Of a DNA stretch of 32,000 nt, positions 23,467-30,544 are shown piece after piece (within the stretch, counting starts at the first letter, position 1; each line of letters starts with the position of its first letter). A model generated the notes under the pieces. That model was not told the DNA's origin. It ran no database searches and saw nothing but the letters and a program-made list of their open reading frames with translations. A program made the translations under genes and the position numbers. Origin of the DNA: Dehalococcoidia bacterium (GTDB lineage Bacteria; Chloroflexota; Dehalococcoidia; Lucifugimonadales; JAGWBF01); contig CBDCOF010000002.1 in the NCBI GenBank assembly GCA_965219725.1, forward strand, positions 1,905,433 through 1,937,432. Direction: 5' to 3'.

Positions 23467-24789
23467 ATGAACGCAGGGACCAGGGTCCCACTGAATTTTG
23501 AGCCGGGGTTTGACGGGAAAGACATTCCCAGAGACGAGGACCTCTATCGCTGTGTCCATTGTGGCCTGTGCCTTAGCGCCTGCCCTACCTACGTCGAGCT
23601 AAATCTGGAGACCGAGTCTCCCAGGGGCCGCATCGCCTTTATGAAGGCGGTGAAAGAGGGCCGGCTGGGCATCAGTGATCGTGTAGCGTCTCATTGGGAC
23701 CTCTGCCTGCAATGCCGGGCCTGTGAAGCCGTGTGCCCCTCGGGGGTGCCCTTTGGCCGTATTATGGAATACAGCCGTGCTCAGGCCGTCCGGCATGGCA
23801 AGGTATCGGGGAAGATGAGGCTGGTTATGGCCCTGTTCCTGCGGGGCGCTCTGCCCCATCCGACCCGGCTCAGGCTGGGGGCATACCTGCTGAGGATGTA
23901 CCAGCGCTGGGGCCTGCGCAGCCTGGTACGGAAGTCCCGCCTGCTGAAGCTGCTCCCCGGCAACCTGGCTGACCTGGAGGCCGGGCTTCCCACCTTCGCC
24001 GATAAGTTTTTCGGGCCGGTCCCCCATGTATTCCCTGCCATAGGTGAAAGGAAGATGTCGGTAGGGCTTCTCTCGGGGTGTGTAATGCCCCTGGTCCAAG
24101 GGCCGACGATGGAGGCTGCGGTGCGGGTGCTCACCCGGAACGGGTGCGACGTGGCCGTTCCGATGGGCCAGGGCTGCTGCGGCGCGCTTAACCTCCATAG
24201 CGGGGATATTGAGTCGGCCCGCAGCATGGCGAAACACAACATTGACATCTTCCTGGAAGCGGGGGTAGAAAAGATCGTGGTGGCATCGGCGGGCTGCGGC
24301 TCCACCATGAAGGAATATGCAGAGCTGCTGAGGGATGACCCGGACTATCGGGACAAGGCGGAGCATTTCGGCAGCATCACCGTTGATGTGACAGAGTTTC
24401 TGGAGGGCCTGCCCTTCGACCCGCCCAGGGGGGCAATCAACCAACGGGTGACTTACCAGGACTCCTGCCACCTTGCCCACGCCCAGCGTATCACCGGCGC
24501 TCCCAGGACTATACTTAACTCCATACCCGGCCTGGAGTTGGTGGAGATGGAGAATGCAAGCAAGTGCTGCGGCGCTGCCGGCATATACTCCGTAACCCAG
24601 AGCAAGATGTCTCGGAGGCTCCTGGAGAGCAAGATGAAGAGTGTGGCCTCCACCGGGGCGGACACCCTGGTGACGGCAAACCCCGGCTGCATGATACAGC
24701 TAGAGACGGGCCTGCGTCTGGCCGGCATCCCGGGCCGGGTGTATCACGTGATAGATATACTGGACGAAGCCTACCGGAGGGAGAAGTAG
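23467..24789 (+). CDS. glcF: Glycolate oxidase iron-sulfur subunit GlcF
   Basis: 440 aa with two CxxCxxCxxxCP 4Fe-4S motifs (CVHCGLCLSACP and CLQCRACEAVCP) and two Cys-rich CCG domains (GCCGA, KCCGAAG). Confidence 0.9.
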   Translation: MNAGTRVPLNFEPGFDGKDIPRDEDLYRCVHCGLCLSACPTYVELNLETESPRGRIAFMKAVKEGRLGISDRVASHWDLCLQCRACEAVCPSGVPFGRIMEYSRAQAVRHGKVSGKMRLVMALFLRGALPHPTRLRLGAYLLRMYQRWGLRSLVRKSRLLKLLPGNLADLEAGLPTFADKFFGPVPHVFPAIGERKMSVGLLSGCVMPLVQGPTMEAAVRVLTRNGCDVAVPMGQGCCGALNLHSGDIESARSMAKHNIDIFLEAGVEKIVVASAGCGSTMKEYAELLRDDPDYRDKAEHFGSITVDVTEFLEGLPFDPPRGAINQRVTYQDSCHLAHAQRITGAPRTILNSIPGLELVEMENASKCCGAAGIYSVTQSKMSRRLLESKMKSVASTGADTLVTANPGCMIQLETGLRLAGIPGRVYHVIDILDEAYRREK

Positions 24790-24793
24790 CCCG

Positions 24794-25150
24794 ATCTTCA
24801 AGGTAGTAGCATTAACACTGATATTAGTCGCCGCGCTTTCCGGGTGCTCGGGGCCCCCGGGTCCCGAGGAGCAGGTGCGTACCTACTTGGATGCCCTTTC
24901 CGACGGTGATTCAGTCAGAATGGCCGGCGTGTTTACCCACGAGGTGCGCGACGCGATGAGCTTGGTCATATTGCCGGAAGTCTCAATTGATAACCTGGAC
25001 GTTGAGAAGGTATCCGAGACCGGAGATACCGCCGAGGTTATCGCTGAATACGATGCGGACTTTCCCGGACCGGGGCATACCAGGGTCAAGTTTACCCTGA
25101 CGAGAATAGATGGAGAGTGGCTAATCTCCAATGCTGAAGCTGTAGAATGA
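24794..25150 (+). CDS. Putative lipoprotein (NTF2/SnoaL-like small domain), with a non-canonical or mutated start
   Basis: The track lists 24875-25150 (GTG). The same frame is open from 24755 and encodes (I)FKVVALTLILVAALSGC|SGPPGPEEQ, a classic signal peptide plus lipobox. No ATG/GTG/TTG is in frame. ATC 24794 lies 7-13 nt after GGAGGGAGAAG. Confidence 0.5.
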   Translation: MFKVVALTLILVAALSGCSGPPGPEEQVRTYLDALSDGDSVRMAGVFTHEVRDAMSLVILPEVSIDNLDVEKVSETGDTAEVIAEYDADFPGPGHTRVKFTLTRIDGEWLISNAEAVE

Positions 25151-25353
25151 TTGGATGTCTGATATTTGTGAGCGCTATCCCCATCTTCTTTGGAGTGATA
25201 CTTCTCCTGGAGAACCTTGGCATCGCCGACGGCCTGGTGAGCAAGTATTGGCCTCTGATACTTATAGTCCTGGGCATCGGGGGCATCGTCAACGTGCTCA
25301 GGATCAGGGCAAGGTTCAGGGGCCGCTGGCCCCCGGACACGCTGGATAGATAA
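25147..25353 (+). CDS. Small membrane protein (two TM helices, LiaF/LiaI-type N-terminal-like)
   Basis: 68 aa. An ATGA overlap with the upstream stop suggests translational coupling. The hydrophobic pattern is IFFGVILLLENLG...YWPLILIVLGIGGIV. Confidence 0.6.
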   Translation: MIGCLIFVSAIPIFFGVILLLENLGIADGLVSKYWPLILIVLGIGGIVNVLRIRARFRGRWPPDTLDR

Positions 25354-25379
25354 GGGGATAGATAAAGGCCCTGGGGCCT

Positions 25380-26573
25380 CTAGGCGGCGAAACTTCGCTG
25401 GGCAGCGGCTACGCCCGACCCCAGGGCTACCTCGTAGCCTTCTCCGGGTAGAATCCGCTCCAGGGCCGACAGGAAGCTCAGGACGTTGCTTTCCCTGCAA
25501 GACTCCCCCATGAGGCCCACCCGCCACACGCGACCGGCTATCTGGCCCAGGCCGCCGCTTATCTCTATGCCATAGTCCCTCAGCAGCCTCCGGCGCACAT
25601 TGGCGTCGTTCACTCCCTCGGGGACCATCACCGTCGTCAGGGGATTTAGCCGGTGGTCCGGGTCTGCAAAAAGCCCCAGGCCCAGGGCCTCCACCCCCGC
25701 CCTCAGAGCCGAGGCGACCTTGGAATGTCGTTGAATCCTCTCCTCCAGGCCCTCCTCCATAGCCATGCGCAGGGCCTCCCTGAGGGCGTAGATCATAGAA
25801 ATGGGCGCGGTGTGATGGTAGACGCGATTGGGGTTCTCGGACCAGTAGGTCGCCAGGTTGGCCAGGTTCAGGTAGAAGCTCTGGACCGGGGTCTTCCTTT
25901 CGCTCAGGACCTTCTCCGCCTTGGGGCTTAGGCTGATGGGGGCCAGGCCAGGAGGAGCGCCCAGGCATTTCTGGGTGGCGCTGTGGCAAATATCCACCCC
26001 CCACCCGTCGAGGTCCATCGTCTCACCCCCCAGGGTCGTCACCACGTCGGCGATGAGGAGGGCTTCGTGGCGATGGGCGAGATTAGCTATGTCTGGCAGA
26101 GGGTTGAGCACACCGGTGGATGTCTCACCATGCACAACGCAGAGGGCCTTGATCTTCCGGTGATTCCCCAACTCTTGTTCCAGGGCTGACAGGTCCGGGC
26201 CGACGGGCTTGCCCCAGGGAGACTCCACGACATGCACTTCACCGCCGCAGCGAGAGGCTATGTCGGCCATGCGGTTGCCGAAGTAGCCATTGGTGGCTAT
26301 GACCACCGTGTCGCCAGGCTCTATCACGTTGCACAACGCAGCTTCCATACCCGCCGTGCCCGTGCCCGAGATGGGCAGAGTCAAGGGGTTGGATGTCTTG
26401 AACATAATGCGGAGCATCTCCATCACGTCGTCCATGACCCTGATGAAGTCCGGGTCCAGGTGTCCCATAATGGGCGCGGTCATGGCCTGACGCACCCTGG
26501 GATGGACGTCGCTGGGACCTGCTCCCATGAGTATTCGCTGAGGTGGTCTGAATTCCTTCAGGTAGTTGCTCAT
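25380..26573 (-). CDS. Class-V PLP aminotransferase (alanine-glyoxylate / serine-pyruvate aminotransferase-like)
   Basis: 397 aa with the pattern GHLDP-F---M, HGETSTGV-NP and D-V-SATQKCLG-PPGL-P (PLP Lys). This is functionally coherent with the nearby glycolate oxidase. Confidence 0.9.
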   Translation of the reverse strand: MSNYLKEFRPPQRILMGAGPSDVHPRVRQAMTAPIMGHLDPDFIRVMDDVMEMLRIMFKTSNPLTLPISGTGTAGMEAALCNVIEPGDTVVIATNGYFGNRMADIASRCGGEVHVVESPWGKPVGPDLSALEQELGNHRKIKALCVVHGETSTGVLNPLPDIANLAHRHEALLIADVVTTLGGETMDLDGWGVDICHSATQKCLGAPPGLAPISLSPKAEKVLSERKTPVQSFYLNLANLATYWSENPNRVYHHTAPISMIYALREALRMAMEEGLEERIQRHSKVASALRAGVEALGLGLFADPDHRLNPLTTVMVPEGVNDANVRRRLLRDYGIEISGGLGQIAGRVWRVGLMGESCRESNVLSFLSALERILPGEGYEVALGSGVAAAQRSFAA

Positions 26574-26636
26574 ATCTACTCTATGTCCGTTGATGGAAGT
26601 CCGGGGATTTTATGGCATGGTGGTTATAAAGTCCGG

Positions 26637-26734
26637 CCTCCTCCCACCTTTGCGGGGGAGGACTGAGGTGGGGGGCAGTCTCCTCTGCGAGGCCGTCACC
26701 CCCATCCTAACCTTCCCCCGTCAAAGGGGGAAGG
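26637..26734. repeat. Family-2 nested-palindrome element (98 bp, shorter core)
   Basis: CCTCCTCCCACCTTTGCGGGGGAGGACTGAGGTGGGGGG ... GTCACCCCCATCCTAACCTTCCCCC-GTCAAA-GGGGGAAGG. The arms are homologous to 14615-14749. Confidence 0.8.
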
Positions 26735-26752
26735 AACATCTGAAACATCATA

Positions 26753-27550
26753 CTAGACTACGGGGGATGCGCCGCCGTCTATGTTGACGGCTATGCCAGT
26801 CAGGAAGCTGGCCCGGTCTGAGGCGAGGAAAGCGATTACGTCGCCCGCCTCCTCGGACTCTCCAACCCTGCCAATGGGGATGCTACGGCGCTGGGCCATG
26901 TCCTCGTAGTATTCGTCCAGGGTCAGGTTCGGGTCCTGGGCAATGGCCGCATCGTAGCGGCGGCGGTTCTGGCCGCTCTTTATCAGCCCTATGCACACGG
27001 TATTCACCAGGATGTTGTCCTTGGCCAGGTCTTTGGACAGGGCTTTGGTCACTGCTATCCCTGCCGCTCTGGAAACGGAGGTAGGGACGGAACTGGGGCC
27101 TGGGGCCTTGGCTCCCAGGTTGGTGACGTTTATGATCCTTCCTCCCCCCACCTGGCGCATGTGAGGAATGGAGGCGCGGGCGAAGCGGATGGCGGCCCAT
27201 AGTTTCAGGTCGAAGTCTGCCTGCCAGTCCTCGTCGGTGACGCTCTCGAAGGGGCCGGCGGCGGACTGGCCTGCATTGTTCACCAGGATGTCCAGCCTGC
27301 CGAACTGGTCCACGGTGGTGTTGACCACCCGCTCGATGTCCTGGGGCACGGTAACATCCGCCTGTATGGCCAGGACCCTTCCTTCAGTCCTGGAGCGTAT
27401 ATCCTCGGCGGCGTCATCCAGCACGTCCTTCCGCCTGGCGCAAATGGTGACAGCCGCCCCTTCCAGGGCCATTCTCCAGGCAGCGGCCTTCCCTATCCCG
27501 TCGCTGCCGCCGGTTATTATCGCTACTTTGTCGTTAAGTCCCAGGTCCAT
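26753..27550 (-). CDS. Short-chain dehydrogenase/reductase (SDR) family oxidoreductase
   Basis: 265 aa with TGGSDGIG (TGxxxGxG) and NNAG motifs and an SDR-length Rossmann fold. A strong SD (GGAGAGGAGGAGGG) is present. Confidence 0.9.
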   Translation of the reverse strand: MDLGLNDKVAIITGGSDGIGKAAAWRMALEGAAVTICARRKDVLDDAAEDIRSRTEGRVLAIQADVTVPQDIERVVNTTVDQFGRLDILVNNAGQSAAGPFESVTDEDWQADFDLKLWAAIRFARASIPHMRQVGGGRIINVTNLGAKAPGPSSVPTSVSRAAGIAVTKALSKDLAKDNILVNTVCIGLIKSGQNRRRYDAAIAQDPNLTLDEYYEDMAQRRSIPIGRVGESEEAGDVIAFLASDRASFLTGIAVNIDGGASPVV

Positions 27551-27598
27551 GTCTCAGCCCTCCTCCTCTCCGAGTCTCTCGCTGGGAAACTGACCTAC

Positions 27599-27626
27599 AT
27601 TATAGCACCCATAGCACTCCTAGCAA
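27599..27626 (-). promoter_or_regulatory. Candidate promoter TTGCTA-16-TATAAT upstream of the SDR gene
   Basis: The minus strand reads TTGCTA (27626-27621), a 16-nt spacer, then TATAAT (27604-27599). The SDR ATG is at 27550. Confidence 0.45.
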
Positions 27627-27637
27627 GGGATAATGGA

Positions 27638-28099
27638 CTATGTATGCCGATGAGCTACCCCGCGAGATGAGCACCAGTCTTCGTAGGACGGCACCTCCTC
27701 CCCTACCACCCACAGGAAATAGTACCCCCCACTGTCTCCCAGATACTTGAACTGCTTGCGCAGGTCTTTGAGGGTTGCGTCAAAGCCGCCGTGGGACCGC
27801 AGGTAGCCCTGGAAGCTGCCGTGTTTCTCCTCCAGGTCCATCATTTTACGGGCGTTTATCACGGTGGCTTCCAGCTTGCGGCGATGCCGGATGACCCGGG
27901 TGTCCTTCATTAGCTCTTCCATGTCCGGCTCCGTGAGGTCGGCGACGGCGTGGGGGTCGAACCCCCGCAGGGCCTCGCGGATTCCGATCCATTTAGAATC
28001 CACGACCCGCCAGGAAATGCCTGACTGGAACACGGCTTTGCTCATCACCTCAAGGTAGTCGTTAAGACCTTTTGGGTGTATCCTTTCGGGAGTCTGCAA
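27638..28099 (-). CDS. DNA-3-methyladenine glycosylase I (Tag)-like protein, short form
   Basis: 153 aa. TTG start 5 nt after AAGGAGG. Motifs are QSGISWRVV--KW and D-RVIRHRRK-EA-I-NAR. It lacks the N-terminal roughly 35 residues that I recall in E. coli Tag. Confidence 0.75.
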   Translation of the reverse strand: MQTPERIHPKGLNDYLEVMSKAVFQSGISWRVVDSKWIGIREALRGFDPHAVADLTEPDMEELMKDTRVIRHRRKLEATVINARKMMDLEEKHGSFQGYLRSHGGFDATLKDLRKQFKYLGDSGGYYFLWVVGEEVPSYEDWCSSRGVAHRHT

Positions 28100-28124
28100 C
28101 TTACCTCCTTGGTCCGCTGTACGC

Positions 28125-28133
28125 TACTATACC
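28125..28133 (-). promoter_or_regulatory. Extended -10 element TGGTATAGT upstream of the Tag-like gene
   Basis: The minus strand reads TGGTATAGT, with the expected transcription start about 19 nt upstream of the TTG start. No good -35 hexamer was found. Confidence 0.3.
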
Positions 28134-28207
28134 ATGATTCGAGTCCAGGAGAATCCTATCATACTTGTACGGGTTTCCCTGGAATAGTCCCAATGCGTGA
28201 TTCGACC

Positions 28208-28238
28208 AAAATTAAACACCCCCGAATAAACGGGGGTG
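28208..28238 (-). terminator. Rho-independent terminator after the VOC gene
   Basis: The minus strand reads CACCCCCG-TTTATT-CGGGGGTG followed by TTTAATTTT, 38 nt after the stop at 28276. Confidence 0.6.
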
Positions 28239-28275
28239 GGTAGTTGTAGTTGCGCTGGGAAATCGCCGGCGGAGC

Positions 28276-28644
28276 TTACTTCGCCCGGGGGTCCGGGTGC
28301 ATTATGCCGAAAGTCACGCCCTCGCTGTCGGAGCAATAGGCCAGGTAGCCTATCCGGGGTATCGCAACCTTTGGGGAGATCACCCTGCCACCGTTCCGAA
28401 TGATCTCCGTGACGTACTTATCTACGGAAGATACCTGGATAGTGTTCAGGGCCCTTGGCTGCTCATCCGGGGACTCCATGAATCCGCCGTTGATGCCCTC
28501 TTCGCCATTGTCTCCGGCGGTGATGATCCAGTAGTCTTCCGGGCCATCCCACTTGTTAATCTTCCAGCCGAACACGTTGGAGTAGAACTCCAGCCCCCGG
28601 AGGGTGTTGGGTGCGTTGGTCTCGAAATGTACGACCCTGTTCAT
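28276..28644 (-). CDS. VOC family protein (glyoxalase/bleomycin-resistance fold)
   Basis: 122 aa with an HFE start motif (VVHFETNA), FY--VFGW and G-LAYC-DSEG--FG. Confidence 0.85.
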   Translation of the reverse strand: MNRVVHFETNAPNTLRGLEFYSNVFGWKINKWDGPEDYWIITAGDNGEEGINGGFMESPDEQPRALNTIQVSSVDKYVTEIIRNGGRVISPKVAIPRIGYLAYCSDSEGVTFGIMHPDPRAK

Positions 28645-28802
28645 TCTAATGCTCCACCTTATATTTTCGTCTTTAGATGTACCGAGTTAACTTTGTGGGT
28701 GGCAGCTACCATGTATATACTGTATGCAAATCAGAACGATTGTTCAATCACCCATCGTCCAGCAAAGTTGTCCGAAAGTCCAGGACAGGGGAGGTGTCAC
28801 CT

Positions 28803-29816
28803 GTGGACCCACTCTCACACATTCTCAGCTCTATATACCTGGTCGGACGGGTCTTTTGCCGTTCCGAACTCACGGCTCCCTGGGGTATCTCCTTACCTGC
28901 CCCTGACACTGAAGGCGCATCCTTCCACCTGATAGATGAGGGAAGCTGCTGGCTGAGCTTTGAGGGAGGGGGCCCTATCCAACTCTCCGCCGGCGACCTG
29001 GTCATCTTTCCCCAGAGCCGTCCCCACACTCTCGCCGACTCCCCGGCTACGACTCCCTTGCCCATGGAAGAGGTCATGGGAGTCGGGGGTAATGACGGCC
29101 CCATCCTTTATAATGGGGGTGGGCATAACGGGAGCGGGCATCACGGTGACGGGCATCATAGGGGCGATGGGACTCCCACCACCATAATCTGTGGTGTATT
29201 TGAGGGACAAAACGGGGGCGCTCACACGCTGTTTTCTCTTCTTCCGCCCCTGATATACGTCAAAGGCGGCCAGGGGGAAGCGGACGAGTGGTTGAGGACT
29301 ACCCTCAAGCTCATGGCCTCGGAGGCTGCATCCGCCAGGCCCGGATCAGGGACCATTGTAAGCCGCCTGGCGGATATACTGTTTATACAAGCCCTCCGGT
29401 CCTGGATGGAGAGCAAGGTTGGGGACGGCGAAGGCTGGTTGGCTGCCCTTCGGGACCCCCCGATTGGCATGGCCCTGGGCCACATCCATCAGGCGCCGGG
29501 GGAGGACTGGACTGTGGCTTCCCTGGCCGCCCAGGTAGGTATGTCCCGCTCTGCCTTCTCGGCCCGGTTTACCGCAATGGTGGGCAAGCCGCCCCTCCAC
29601 TACCTGACCCGGTGGAGGATGCAGTTGGCGGGAGACCTTCTGGTAGATGATGGCCTGAGCATTTCGGAAATAGCAGAGCGGGTGGGCTACCAGTCTGAGT
29701 CGCCCTTTTCCAAGGCATTCAAGCAGCATACGGGCATGGCCCCCGGCGCCTACCGACGCCACGCCAACGGGAGGACAAGCCATGCTCAGCGGAGGACTGA
29801 GGGGCAGGCGGCATGA
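28803..29816 (+). CDS. AraC-family transcriptional regulator with an N-terminal cupin-type sensor domain
   Basis: The C-terminal AraC HTH is recognisable (SLAAQVGMSRSAFSARF ... ISEIAERVGYQSESPFSKAFK). The N-terminus DPLSHILSS...FCRSELTAPWG is typical of cupin_6-type AraC proteins. I prefer GTG 28803 (GGAGG 8 nt upstream) over the track start 28677. Confidence 0.85.
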   Translation: MDPLSHILSSIYLVGRVFCRSELTAPWGISLPAPDTEGASFHLIDEGSCWLSFEGGGPIQLSAGDLVIFPQSRPHTLADSPATTPLPMEEVMGVGGNDGPILYNGGGHNGSGHHGDGHHRGDGTPTTIICGVFEGQNGGAHTLFSLLPPLIYVKGGQGEADEWLRTTLKLMASEAASARPGSGTIVSRLADILFIQALRSWMESKVGDGEGWLAALRDPPIGMALGHIHQAPGEDWTVASLAAQVGMSRSAFSARFTAMVGKPPLHYLTRWRMQLAGDLLVDDGLSISEIAERVGYQSESPFSKAFKQHTGMAPGAYRRHANGRTSHAQRRTEGQAA

Positions 29817-29940
29817 GCAGACCTTGCGTAGCCATCGTTATTATGAAAGGAAATTCTAAGGAATTTTACCCAAAAGGGCATAAAGAGGACCGGGGCTTTG
29901 TGCCGCCGGTTGACGTTGTGGCTTGTTAAGAGGCTTGATT

Positions 29941-30459
29941 CTAGGCGTCCTGACGCAACTGATACCAATGTGGTCTGTCTGTCCCGTCTCCGGTAGTGGC
30001 GTTGTTATCTTTCCGTAGCCCTGCTACCACTGAATACGCAGGTGACTTTGTAATTTCGGCTACGTAACGAGCATTGCGGGCCGCCCTTCGTATGTCCTCC
30101 TCGTCAACGGTAAAAGACACCTCAATAGCCAGATAACTTATAGACTCAGGCCAATGATAAGGCTCCTCATCATAATTGACGACGCAGACAATATAGTCCG
30201 CATTGCGAAAACTATCTCGCTCGCTTTTGGGGATGCTTGTATCAAGCAGACGGTATAATTCATCAATTTCATTCTGGGTTAGGACATTCCTCACCTTATG
30301 GTCCATATTAGCTGCAAGCAAGTCCATCTGTCTGCCAGTAGCAACCCAAGAATAATCTCCCTTCAAGACCGACATATCCTCGTGGACCTGCTTGAAGCCT
30401 TTATCCACCCTTTCCTCTAGTCGTTTAAGGATATCCAGTATCTCATCGTTGGAAGCCAT
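29941..30459 (-). CDS. Hypothetical protein: coiled-coil N-terminus plus a possible PD-(D/E)xK-like core
   Basis: 172 aa in a distinctly lower-GC gene. The pattern ...NADYIVCVV...SYLAIEVSFTVDEEDIRRAARNARYVAEIT...VVAG recalls an uncharacterised D...E-x-S/K endonuclease-fold family. The assignment is from memory only. Confidence 0.55.
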   Translation of the reverse strand: MASNDEILDILKRLEERVDKGFKQVHEDMSVLKGDYSWVATGRQMDLLAANMDHKVRNVLTQNEIDELYRLLDTSIPKSERDSFRNADYIVCVVNYDEEPYHWPESISYLAIEVSFTVDEEDIRRAARNARYVAEITKSPAYSVVAGLRKDNNATTGDGTDRPHWYQLRQDA

Positions 30460-30505
30460 GGCGACAGCCCTTTTTCATCCCCTGCTGATTTGTCTATGGT
30501 CTATG

Positions 30506-30538
30506 GTACTACACTACACAAATGTAGTACAGTGTCAA
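30506..30538 (-). promoter_or_regulatory. TTGACA -35 box with an adjacent inverted repeat GTACTACA-N9-TGTAGTAC (operator-like)
   Basis: On the minus strand, TTGACA is at 30538-30533 and only weak -10 candidates follow (TAGTGT). The palindrome at 30506-30530 overlaps the spacer and -10 region. A direct repeat TCTATGG x2 lies at 30493-30506. Confidence 0.25.
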
Positions 30539-30544
30539 TCAATG

